DNA from: Bacteroidetes bacterium HGW-Bacteroidetes-21
GTDB lineage: Bacteria > Bacteroidota > Bacteroidia > Bacteroidales > GWA2-32-17
NCBI GenBank assembly: GCA_002840935.1
Contig: PHDH01000005.1
Location: 1-52,631 of the forward strand
DNA: 52,631 nucleotides
Reading direction: 5' to 3'
A program made the translations under genes and the position numbers. Every line of letters begins with the position of its first letter. Position 1 is the stretch's first letter. The notes beneath the pieces were generated by a model. It was not told the DNA's origin. It saw nothing but the letters and a program-made list of their open reading frames with translations, and did no database searches. Shown here one piece after another: positions 9,805 through 18,357 of this stretch.

Positions 9805-10308
9805 ATGCCCTGGTTTGCCCTCTATACTCTTTCCCGACAGGAAAAGAAAGCCTCTCTCTACCTGGAAAAACAACACATTGTACATTATCTTCCGTTAGTA
9901 AAAACACTTAAACAGTGGTCGGATAGAAAAAAATGGGTTGAAGAACCTTTGTTTAAATCCTATGTTTTTATTCAAGCTGATTTTCCCTCCCAAACTTTTT
10001 ACGAAGCCACTAAAACACCAGGAATTGCCTACCCCGTGAGATTGGAAGGAAAACCCCACCCCATTCCGGATGAAGTTATTGAGGCCATTCAACAAATGAT
10101 TGAAAACGGCTACCGGATTAAATTACAGAAAATTCCTCTCAAAGCCGGAACGCCCGTCGAAATTATTTCTGGTCCACTCATGGGAATGAGAGGTGAAGTA
10201 GTTTCGGGCAAAGGAAAATTCAAATTCATTATCAAAGTAAATACTATCAATACCGCCTTGTTGATTGATGTCCCTCAGGAAAATTTGAGCCCCCTGCATA
10301 AAAAATAG
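9805..10308 (+). CDS. UpxY-family (NusG-like) transcription antiterminator
   Basis: N-terminus MPWFALYTLSRQEKKASLYLEKQ...YLPL....WSDRKK..EEPLFKSYVFIQ (NGN domain) and a C-terminal KOW-like GTPVEIISGPLMGMRGEVV. It starts 1 nt after the epimerase stop. Confidence 0.75.
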   Translation: MPWFALYTLSRQEKKASLYLEKQHIVHYLPLVKTLKQWSDRKKWVEEPLFKSYVFIQADFPSQTFYEATKTPGIAYPVRLEGKPHPIPDEVIEAIQQMIENGYRIKLQKIPLKAGTPVEIISGPLMGMRGEVVSGKGKFKFIIKVNTINTALLIDVPQENLSPLHKK

Positions 10309-10370
10309 AGCCATAAAAAGCAAATAACAAGACTATTAATAAAATAAAATTCTATCAAAAAATAACTGGC

Positions 10371-10913
10371 ATGACAGATAATAAACTACCAATAATCTCA
10401 GAAGAAGCAATAGTAACAAAGATATATATTGTAAGAGATCAAAAAGTAATGATAGACAGAGATCTGGCCGAATTGTACGGAGTAGAAACAAAGTATTTGA
10501 AAAGACAGGTCAAAAGGAATATTGTTCGTTTTCCTGAAGATTTTATGTTTAATCTTACAGAGCAGGAACTTACCAACTTGAGGTGCCAAATTGGCACCTC
10601 AAGTTGGGGTGGTACTAGATATACTCCAATGGCATTTACAGAACACGGAGTTTTAATGTTGTCAAGTGTTTTAGCTAGTGAAAAGGCAATAAATGTAAAT
10701 ATTCAAATTATGCGGATATTTACAAAAGTTCGTCAATTACTAACTGACAATTTAAGTATACGTCTTGAAGTAGAAACAATAAAAAAGAAACTTGAAAATC
10801 AGGACAAAAATATTGAACTCGTTTTCAGTTACCTTGATGAACTTATAGAAAAACAGGAAAATCCAAAACCCCGCAAACGTATCGGTTATAAAACAAGTAA
10901 CAAAGAAGAATAA
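10371..10913 (+). CDS. ORF6N-domain (KilA-N-related) DNA-binding protein
   Basis: IYIVRDQKVMIDRDLAELYGVETKYLKRQVKRNIVRFPEDFMFNLTEQE is the ORF6N domain signature. It is followed by WGGTRYTPMAFTEHGVLMLSSVL and a coiled-coil tail. The gene looks AT-richer than its neighbours: 15 G/C in its first 60 nt. Confidence 0.85.
   Translation: MTDNKLPIISEEAIVTKIYIVRDQKVMIDRDLAELYGVETKYLKRQVKRNIVRFPEDFMFNLTEQELTNLRCQIGTSSWGGTRYTPMAFTEHGVLMLSSVLASEKAINVNIQIMRIFTKVRQLLTDNLSIRLEVETIKKKLENQDKNIELVFSYLDELIEKQENPKPRKRIGYKTSNKEE
10573..10607. repeat. Perfect inverted repeat (16-bp arms, 3-nt spacer) inside the ORF6N coding sequence
   Basis: CCAACTTGAGGTGCCA (10573-10588), AAT, TGGCACCTCAAGTTGG (10592-10607). 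I checked every arm position and all are complementary. It encodes ..TNLRCQIGTSSWG.. Confidence 0.9.
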
Positions 10914-10968
10914 CTAATTCTCTCAGTTTATTCTCAAGAATTCGTGAGGATATTCCCTTCGTCCTTTC

Positions 10969-11988
10969 TTACACGCCACTCATTCTTTTCCGGAATTCTT
11001 CTAAATGGTGATCGTTGAAATCAAGATGAGTGACCATTCTTACCTGATGTTTTCCGAAGGGCGCCGCTTTAATGCCTTTTGTCAGTAGCTGTTTTGTGTA
11101 ATCGTCGGAGGTTAGGTTTTCTTTTAGCGAAAAGATAACAATGTTGGTATCCACAGGCAGTATTTCGGTGACTTCGGGATGAGCCAACATAATTTTGGCA
11201 ATTTCCTTTGCCCGGGCATGGTCTTCTTTGAGTCGAAGAATATTGTGATCGAGAGCATAAATTCCTGCTGCTGCCAAATATCCTGCCTGACGCCAGCCTC
11301 CCCCGAATCTTTTACGAACGCGACGAGCCTGATAAATGAAATCTTCTGTCCCCAACAACAAAGATCCAACAGGTGTTCCCAATCCCTTCGACAAGCAAAC
11401 GCTCATGGAGTCGAACAGACAGCCGTATTCCCGAGGTGTTTCTCCGGTTTCGACCAGTGCATTAAAAATTCTCGCTCCGTCGAGATGCAATGCCATGTTA
11501 TGTTTTTTACAGACTTCTTTAATTTTTCGAATTTCGTTGAGATCGTAGATTGCCCCGCCCCCTTTATTGACGGTATTTTCGAGGCTAACAAGACGTGAAA
11601 CGCAATGATGTACATTATCAGGCTGTATGTTCTCCTCGACCATCGTGGCCGTAAGACGCCCTCTGTCACCTGTCAACAAATTGACCGAGGCATGGGAATT
11701 TGCAGCAATACCGCCACCTTCGTACATGTACACATGCGAAAGTTTATCGCAAATCACCTCGTCACCCTGTTTAACATGGACATTAATGGCAATCTGATTT
11801 GTCATTGTGCCTGATGTGCAAAACAAACCAGCCTCGTAACCAAATAACAGCGCCGCTTTTTGCTCTAATGCCTTTACCGTTTCATCCTCTTCGAAAACAT
11901 CATCTCCCACTTCGGCAGCAAACATAGCTTCCAACATTTCTTTTGTTGGTTTTGTAAAAGTATCGGAACGTAATTCTATCATCTTCAT
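10969..11988 (-). CDS. ltaE: Low-specificity L-threonine aldolase
   Basis: MIELRSDTFTKPT..MLEAM..AEVGDDVFEEDETV N-terminus and the PLP-lysine context SVCLSKGLGTPVGS. Full length is typical for the family. Confidence 0.9.
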   Translation of the reverse strand: MKMIELRSDTFTKPTKEMLEAMFAAEVGDDVFEEDETVKALEQKAALLFGYEAGLFCTSGTMTNQIAINVHVKQGDEVICDKLSHVYMYEGGGIAANSHASVNLLTGDRGRLTATMVEENIQPDNVHHCVSRLVSLENTVNKGGGAIYDLNEIRKIKEVCKKHNMALHLDGARIFNALVETGETPREYGCLFDSMSVCLSKGLGTPVGSLLLGTEDFIYQARRVRKRFGGGWRQAGYLAAAGIYALDHNILRLKEDHARAKEIAKIMLAHPEVTEILPVDTNIVIFSLKENLTSDDYTKQLLTKGIKAAPFGKHQVRMVTHLDFNDHHLEEFRKRMSGV

Positions 11989-12054
11989 AATTAAAAAGTT
12001 TAATGCTTAAATAAATTCTTCATTTGCACAGATTCTGCAGCCAATCGGAGATAA

Positions 12055-12264
12055 TTATTTTTTCCGCACCCATTTTTTATCCTTAAAATCCAGAATATAA
12101 AAACGAAGTATCTCTCCGCAACCGGTGCAAATATCACAATACATTGGCTCAACAACATAAAATAGCGATTTAGAGTATTTGGGACCAATGTGGCCATTTT
12201 CAGCCGTCAAACCAGTTTTGACCTGCTGCACAATTTCTTCACTTCCGCATCTGGAGCACTTCAT
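12055..12264 (-). CDS. Small zinc-ribbon-like protein (69 aa)
   Basis: Two Cys clusters, CSRC near the N-terminus and CDICTGC near the C-terminus. It is co-oriented with ltaE, 66 nt upstream of it. Coding status is inferred only from ORF length, context and the Cys pattern. Confidence 0.45.
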   Translation of the reverse strand: MKCSRCGSEEIVQQVKTGLTAENGHIGPKYSKSLFYVVEPMYCDICTGCGEILRFYILDFKDKKWVRKK

Positions 12265-12388
12265 TTTCTTCTTCTTTAAAAAGTAAAATTACGAAATCCG
12301 CTGACTAATAGAAAAAAGCTACATGTTTTACAGCATATAAACAATGCGTCATTTTGTGTATTTTCGTTATCAAATTAATACTTTTATT

Positions 12389-13771
12389 ATGGAATATCGC
12401 ATTGAAAAAGATACCATGGGACAAATTGAAGTTCCTGCCGAAAAATACTGGGGAGCCCAAACGCAACGTTCTATCAATAATTTCAAAATTGGTCACGACA
12501 CCATGCCGGTCGAAATCATTCGGGGTTTTGCCATACTTAAAAAGGCAGCTGCAATGACAAACTGCGAACTCGGTGTTTTATCACAAGAAAAAGCAGATCT
12601 TATTGCCCGCGTTTGCGACGAGATACTTGAAGGAAAACTGGACGATCAATTTCCGCTGGTCGTTTGGCAAACGGGTTCCGGCACACAATCTAACATGAAT
12701 GTCAACGAAGTGATTGCCAACCGTGCTCATATTCTTTCCGGAGGCCAATTAACAGACGAGAAAAAAGTATTACATCCCAACGATGATGTTAATAAATCGC
12801 AGTCTTCTAACGACACTTTTCCTACAGCCATGAGCATAGCTGCTGTAGATACAATAAACAAAATCACCATCCCCGGCATAGAAAAACTCAGAAATACGCT
12901 GAACGAAAAATCTATGTTATTTTCATCCATCGTTAAAATTGGTCGCACGCACTGGATGGATGCTACGCCTTTGACTTTAGGTCAGGAGTTTTCGGGATAC
13001 GTTTCACAGATTGACCATGGACTTGAAAAAATTCGTTGGTCGTTGCAACACATGTCCGAACTGGCCTTGGGTGGAACCGCCGTAGGAACCGGCATTAATT
13101 GCCCTACAGGTTATGCCGAAAGGGTAGCAGAAATTATTTCAGACTTAGCCGGACTTGATTTCATTACAGCACCCAACAAATTCGAATCCCTTGCAGCCCA
13201 CGATGCCGTTTTAGGTGTTTCTTCGGCGTTAAAAATCATTGCCCTCTCGCTCAATAAAATTGTGAACGACATACGTATCATGGCATCCGGTCCACGTAGT
13301 GGTATTGGCGAGATAATAATTCCCGAAAACGAACCTGGAAGTTCTATCATGCCAGGAAAAGTCAATCCCACACAAGCCGAAGCCCTTACCATGGTCTGCT
13401 GTCAGGTCGCTGGAAACGACACCGCTATTGCCATGGGAAACATGCAAGGATTTTTTGAACTGAATGTATACAAACCCATGATGATCTTCAATCTCCTCAA
13501 CTCAGCCCGACTGCTGGGAGATGCCTGCGTAAGCTTCAACGACAATTGTGCTATAGGAATTGAAGCAAACATGTCCGTCATCTCACTACATCTGGAAAAT
13601 TCTCTCATGTTAGTGACTGCCCTTAACACGCATATTGGCTACGAAAATGCCGCTAAGATTGCAAAAACTGCACATAAAGAAGGGAAAACATTGCGTCAGG
13701 CAGCAATTGAATTAGGACTTGTAAGTGATGAAGACTTTACCAAGTGGGTTGATCCGGCGAAGATGATATAA
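12389..13771 (+). CDS. fumC: Class II fumarate hydratase
   Basis: [28 protein letters not shown] start, [13 protein letters not shown] signature and [11 protein letters not shown] prefer ATG 12389 to the track start 12344, whose 15 extra residues have no counterpart in FumC. Confidence 0.95.
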   Translation: MEYRIEKDTMGQIEVPAEKYWGAQTQRSINNFKIGHDTMPVEIIRGFAILKKAAAMTNCELGVLSQEKADLIARVCDEILEGKLDDQFPLVVWQTGSGTQSNMNVNEVIANRAHILSGGQLTDEKKVLHPNDDVNKSQSSNDTFPTAMSIAAVDTINKITIPGIEKLRNTLNEKSMLFSSIVKIGRTHWMDATPLTLGQEFSGYVSQIDHGLEKIRWSLQHMSELALGGTAVGTGINCPTGYAERVAEIISDLAGLDFITAPNKFESLAAHDAVLGVSSALKIIALSLNKIVNDIRIMASGPRSGIGEIIIPENEPGSSIMPGKVNPTQAEALTMVCCQVAGNDTAIAMGNMQGFFELNVYKPMMIFNLLNSARLLGDACVSFNDNCAIGIEANMSVISLHLENSLMLVTALNTHIGYENAAKIAKTAHKEGKTLRQAAIELGLVSDEDFTKWVDPAKMI

Positions 13772-13838
13772 TAACATCTTCATTTCAGGCAATATTTTTA
13801 ATCTGCATTTAGAAAATAAAAACAAATGCGATTGAATA

Positions 13839-14168
13839 TTATTGCATCTTTTTATTTGTAGAAATAGTTACAGAAGATTTTACAAATACAATATAATCAA
13901 ATTTACCCGACTGTGAAGATCTTGATTCCACCACAAAGGACTCATTTCTTTTTTCAGACACAAACAATTCGACAGGGTCTATATTTGGAGTAATTATTAC
14001 AAAATAATTTTCAGGATCAATACACTTCTTACAAGAAATTATAACTTTCCCATTTTTCAATTCAGCAGTACCCACATCCACCAAATCATTTTTTTCTCTT
14101 GTAATATCCTGTGAATACCCTAAAATACTGATGCTAAAAAAAAGGATTAAAAACAATGTTTTTTTCAT
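13839..14168 (-). CDS. Small secreted protein of unknown function (109 aa)
   Basis: Signal peptide MKKTLFLILFFSISILGYSQ. It starts 3 nt after the stop of the 809-aa gene and is the last gene of a tightly packed three-gene operon. Confidence 0.55.
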   Translation of the reverse strand: MKKTLFLILFFSISILGYSQDITREKNDLVDVGTAELKNGKVIISCKKCIDPENYFVIITPNIDPVELFVSEKRNESFVVESRSSQSGKFDYIVFVKSSVTISTNKKMQ

Positions 14169-14171
14169 AAA

Positions 14172-16601
14172 TTAGTTCTTTAAAACGTAAATAATTAATA
14201 CCCCCTCCATTGCTTGTGAGGAATTTCCACCAACATAAATTGTTCCGCTACCACCAGATCTTAGAGCACGAACATCAAAAGTATAATCCCCATTTGAAGG
14301 AATCGTATATCTTGCTACAGAAGAAAAATTCTGCCACCCCAAATAATTTGTTCCAGACCAATCTAAGCTAAACCTAGTATAACCACCAATTGCAATCATA
14401 CCTCCATTTACAAAAGCAGCAACATCAACATCAGCATGATCACTTGAACTCATAAGAGCATTCCCCGAATAATTAATAAGAACTCTGTCTCCAGTTGCTA
14501 ATCCAGTAATTGTTACACTTTCACCAGTCACAACTTGAAAAGATGAAGTTAATGTTATAGATGCTGTACTTTCAACGCTATATATATGTGACGGGGTAAT
14601 TACACCATTCCAAGTTGGCTCTAATCCAGCTCCTTGAGAAACTAATGCTTGTCCTGCATTGCCAGGTCCGCTGGTTGCAAGTACTAATTTCCATGCCTGA
14701 GCAGCATTATCTGAGGTTTTTCTATACCACAAAAATTGATCAAAAAAACTACCTGCTATTTGCATTGCATAGTTATTTCCATTATTAGAATGTCTTGAAT
14801 CAATTAAATGCCACCATCCCGAGGAGCCTGTAGGATAATTGTTAGCAGCAGAAGCTACATCTGTTTCGAAAAAGCCAGAACGAGCACCTGCATCTCCTCG
14901 TAATCCAGCATTATTTCTGGTTTCAGTTCTTGCCAAACCATTTCCCCAATAAACAATTCCATCTGCACGAATGTTTTCGGAAGAATGTATTCGCTCAGCA
15001 GGGCTTAAATTTAATCCAACCCCGAGATACCCACCAGAATTTAAGACCATTTGAGGACCACTTCCAAATATATCTTCATCATATACTCTCAAAATATCAT
15101 TATCTCCCGGGCTCCAGAGGCACATCGTATTTCCATTCATAAACAGACCACCACTTTCGCCATCCTGACTACCTTCAATCCACAAGCCAGCAGACCCCAG
15201 ATTTGGGTTAAACGAGGATGCTGATCCTAAAAGTCCAGCAGTACCCCAATGAAACGTACCCGTAGTAGCAGAATTAACAAACATATCTCCTGTTGTCAGT
15301 GTGTTACCGGTAATATGAAGTTTTTGAGAGGGTGTTGTATTACCAAGTCCTACATTCGTCCCATTATCATAAAACTGACTGTTTCCAAGTGTAGTTCCGT
15401 TGGGTGTCCACTTGGGAATATAATTAAGTGTGCCCGAGCCAGAGGGTGCCATGCCGGCAGTCAGTATTTGCACCCAGGGATCCCATGTTGCCGCATCTGG
15501 TTGTCCTTGTCGCCAGAAAATACCTCCTTCGTTAAAATTCAGTTGGTGTGAGGCATCACCAGAGTTGTCTCCCCATGGAGCAATAGTCATCTGCCCTGAA
15601 TATGTGCCGCTTCCTCCAACACCAACTGTAGCTCTGGTCTTAAATTCAAAAGCGACTTCATTGTTAAATGCCGTTGGAGCATCATTTACGGCTCTTGTAT
15701 CATCCACATTCAAATGACCAAAATACTTTCCGGTTGTTCTTGTATTGCCTGTAATATCCAAATTATACGCTGGTGCCGTAGTACCAATTCCAACGTAACC
15801 ATCCCCTTGGATTCTCATTTTCTCTGAAAATGTTGCTGAAGTTGAGTTATTAGTAAAAAACCTAAGATCCCCCATAGGGTTTAATCCACTTACAGCCGTA
15901 ATATAGCTTTCAATACTAGCAGTACGACGATCTGTAGCTGCCAAAGCCGAATGAAAATTAATTTCGCCCACCTTACTTCCAGCTGTCGTTTTATTGGCTC
16001 CCAGTTGAAATTGACCAAAATCTGTTGCAGTATTTCCAGCATCAAAAACATGTAGCAATGTGGATGTCAGCCCACTAGGATATGCCGTTGCATAGGATGT
16101 CCCGATTCCGACCCGAACCGTATTTCCATTGGCATCTGATTTTATTCGCATTCTTTCGTAACTGTTGGTTCCAAAAGTAAAATCAACAGCATCATTAGTT
16201 CCTACAAAATTATTATTGATGACCACGCCATAACCAGAAGTAGGGGCAGTTGTCCCTGTATTCCCAGTTGTCATCCAGGCATCTTTGCCCTCCAAAACTC
16301 TTTTCCATGTTGACGTTGCTGTTTCCCAATAATAGTAACCTGGCCAAACATTGTTTGGTGACGCGCCTGCTGTTGCTGTATTGTAAACGAGTAAACTATT
16401 GGCAGGAGCTGCAACAGGGCCTGCCGCATTGGCTGCCGTTAAAGCAACTCTGGGAATAAGTAATCCTCGATTTGTAAAATCAATATCCAACGCAGAACTT
16501 GCATTGGGAACAGCTCCGGTAGTATTAATGGCTACCTGAGCATGAGCAACAATGGAAGCAAAAAATGCTAAAAAAAGAATGATATATTTTTTCATAACCA
16601 T
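14172..16601 (-). CDS. Tail-fibre-like secreted repeat protein (809 aa), no recognisable T9SS sorting domain
   Basis: Signal peptide MKKYIILFLAFFASIVAHAQ. The N-terminal module is VAINTTGAVPNASSALDI..NRGLLIPRVALTA...LLVYNT. A [VL]G[IL]G..P...L.(I/V).G motif recurs four times (VGIGTSYATAY, VGIGTTAPAYNLDITGN, VGLGNTTPSQKLHITGN, LGVGLNLSPAERIHSSEN), of the kind seen in phage tail-fibre-type proteins. The C-terminal ~130 aa look like a compact beta-sandwich. The start could be 16601 or 16595. Confidence 0.8.
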   Translation of the reverse strand: MVMKKYIILFLAFFASIVAHAQVAINTTGAVPNASSALDIDFTNRGLLIPRVALTAANAAGPVAAPANSLLVYNTATAGASPNNVWPGYYYWETATSTWKRVLEGKDAWMTTGNTGTTAPTSGYGVVINNNFVGTNDAVDFTFGTNSYERMRIKSDANGNTVRVGIGTSYATAYPSGLTSTLLHVFDAGNTATDFGQFQLGANKTTAGSKVGEINFHSALAATDRRTASIESYITAVSGLNPMGDLRFFTNNSTSATFSEKMRIQGDGYVGIGTTAPAYNLDITGNTRTTGKYFGHLNVDDTRAVNDAPTAFNNEVAFEFKTRATVGVGGSGTYSGQMTIAPWGDNSGDASHQLNFNEGGIFWRQGQPDAATWDPWVQILTAGMAPSGSGTLNYIPKWTPNGTTLGNSQFYDNGTNVGLGNTTPSQKLHITGNTLTTGDMFVNSATTGTFHWGTAGLLGSASSFNPNLGSAGLWIEGSQDGESGGLFMNGNTMCLWSPGDNDILRVYDEDIFGSGPQMVLNSGGYLGVGLNLSPAERIHSSENIRADGIVYWGNGLARTETRNNAGLRGDAGARSGFFETDVASAANNYPTGSSGWWHLIDSRHSNNGNNYAMQIAGSFFDQFLWYRKTSDNAAQAWKLVLATSGPGNAGQALVSQGAGLEPTWNGVITPSHIYSVESTASITLTSSFQVVTGESVTITGLATGDRVLINYSGNALMSSSDHADVDVAAFVNGGMIAIGGYTRFSLDWSGTNYLGWQNFSSVARYTIPSNGDYTFDVRALRSGGSGTIYVGGNSSQAMEGVLIIYVLKN

Positions 16602-16607
16602 AAAAAA

Positions 16608-18020
16608 TCAAAAGGATATTACAATTTGTTTCGATAACCTGTTTGTTGCACTTTCCAATGTCACAAAATACATCCCTGCAGCAAAGCCCGAATCATCCAG
16701 ATTCAATGTCTTTGTTTTTTCATCCAACAGAATTTGCTTAGCATAAAATGTTTGACCCAGCAGATTGGTAAACTTCAATGTATAATTTTCTCCCGGCGTA
16801 CCTTCCAGATTGACAATTAACTGTCCATTACCATGAAATATTTGAAAATTATCTTCTGACATTGAATTTTGACACGTAACTGCTGTAATAGACAATTCGG
16901 TTACTGTATTATCATAGTCGGTCTGGGTTAGTTTGTAATAGACTGTTTCGTTTACCGGGGTGGGATCGTTATATGAATAGGAATTTACCTCAGATGAATT
17001 TCCAGCAGCTGAGATAAAATCTACAAAACTATAATCTAACCCATTTTCACTACGCCATAGCGAGAAAAAGTTATTGTTAATCTCTGCCAGCGTCTGCCAT
17101 TGAAGAACAACCTGATTTTCTTTACATTCTCCCGAAAAATTAACCAAACTAACAGGCAAAGGCGTTGTTGTACTTCCAAGGGTTACGCGAATATATGTAA
17201 GTGCATTAACAGAAGCATTTGAGGTAACATATTGCGAAGCCGGAACGGGGGTACTTGTTCTTGGCTCCCAATACACGGGACCTCCCCAGCCTCCCCAATA
17301 ATACTGGGCCCGTTCAAAAGCTTCGAGATTTGCCTCTATATGACCATTGAGTTCGGCATCCCAGTAAGAGAAATTATAGCTCGTAAGAGCTTGTAATGAA
17401 GCTGGCTGCAATTCATAATATCTGAAAACGCTGTAATTTCCAGTAAAAGAACCCGACCCCTGTTGTCTCTCATGTCCTCTGATAATGAGCGTGTTGCCGA
17501 GCGCAGCCGCAGGGGTAAAATTAAAACCAAGATTTGCCACATTTCCTGAAGGATTGGTGCGCGTAGTTCTGATTGTCCCCGTTCCTAATCCTTCGGTTCC
17601 AGCAGCACTGGTAGCGCGAATTCTCCGGGTTTCTGTTTCACCAGTAATTACTGCCGTTGCGCCAAGTGTTGTAATATAATCTCTCAAATTAAAATGTCCG
17701 AGATTCATTTGTAATGTAGTATTTACGCCAATTGCCCTTGCAAGCCATACGCCATCTGCGTGACTATTATTGATAAACAAGCCATCAAAAGTAGTGAGTT
17801 GTGAACCTGAAATCGTTTGTCGGGCATTTCCGCTAAAACGCACCCAACTTCCCGCAGCGCAATTCACGGTAGCATTGTTAGTCCAACCTGCATTTCCTGA
17901 AAGCACAATAGAAGTGCCATTTTGAATCACCAGATTGCCCCCATTGATCAAAAATCCTTGAGACAAGCATGGCAATGCCAAACTACAAAGAGTTAATATC
18001 GTAAGAAATAAGTATTTCAT
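16608..18020 (-). CDS. Secreted protein with a T9SS type-A C-terminal sorting domain (470 aa)
   Basis: Signal peptide MKYLFLTILTLCSLALPCLSQ. It has an Fn3-like module (LPVSLVNFSGECKENQVVLQWQT..NNNFFSLWRSENG..YYKLTQTDYDN). The C-terminus GENYTLKFTNLLGQ......GMYFVTLESATNRLSKQIVISF is typical of TIGR04183-type sorting domains. Confidence 0.85.
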   Translation of the reverse strand: MKYLFLTILTLCSLALPCLSQGFLINGGNLVIQNGTSIVLSGNAGWTNNATVNCAAGSWVRFSGNARQTISGSQLTTFDGLFINNSHADGVWLARAIGVNTTLQMNLGHFNLRDYITTLGATAVITGETETRRIRATSAAGTEGLGTGTIRTTRTNPSGNVANLGFNFTPAAALGNTLIIRGHERQQGSGSFTGNYSVFRYYELQPASLQALTSYNFSYWDAELNGHIEANLEAFERAQYYWGGWGGPVYWEPRTSTPVPASQYVTSNASVNALTYIRVTLGSTTTPLPVSLVNFSGECKENQVVLQWQTLAEINNNFFSLWRSENGLDYSFVDFISAAGNSSEVNSYSYNDPTPVNETVYYKLTQTDYDNTVTELSITAVTCQNSMSEDNFQIFHGNGQLIVNLEGTPGENYTLKFTNLLGQTFYAKQILLDEKTKTLNLDDSGFAAGMYFVTLESATNRLSKQIVISF

Positions 18021-18034
18021 GGCCGGTTAACATG

Positions 18035-18042
18035 CAAATATA
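18035..18042 (-). promoter_or_regulatory. Putative -7 promoter box (TATATTTG on the minus strand) for the 18020..13839 operon
   Basis: Plus-strand CAAATATA at 18035-18042 is TAnnTTTG on the minus strand, 15 nt upstream of start codon 18020. Confidence 0.35.
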
Positions 18043-18280
18043 ATATTTCATTTTAAAAAAACCAAAGTTTAACATACTATATTATTTTGCTAATAAATAA
18101 CAGGCAGGGCAAACATATCTAAAACAACACAAATACATATATTTCAATATTTAGATATCATGTAATATTACTTCGAATAAAACTTGATCTGAATTATTTT
18201 CATAAACATATAATCAATATTATTAATTATATTAATGTATGTATTCATCAAATTTACTTGACTTATGTATAAAACTAACC

Positions 18281-18288
18281 TATTTTTG
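18281..18288 (+). promoter_or_regulatory. Putative -7 promoter box (TATTTTTG) for the 18358..27323 genes
   Basis: Exact TAnnTTTG match about 70 nt upstream of ATG 18358, inside the 337-bp AT-rich spacer. Confidence 0.3.
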
Positions 18289-18357
18289 TAAATTGGTTAA
18301 ATCCACAAAACCTTTTTGAGGATAAGTCCCTTATAATAATTATAATCTACAATAAAC

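Noticed and set aside
10309-10968. ORF6N gene as a bona fide mobile element
   Set aside because: There is no integrase, transposase or relaxase. I could identify no flanking direct or inverted repeats, only a trivial AATTCT match. Only the compositional skew supports foreign origin, so it is reported as a finding and not as a mobile_element feature.
13809-13837. GCATTT-13 nt-AAATGC hairpin between convergent fumC and the 109-aa gene
   Set aside because: The stem is 6 bp, the loop is large, and neither strand has a T-tract. This is not convincing as a terminator.
18021-18357. Invertible-promoter (phase-variation) switch in the AT-rich spacer
   Set aside because: The best inverted repeats I found are 8 bp or less and AT-only (for example ATTATATT). 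There is no nearby site-specific recombinase gene.
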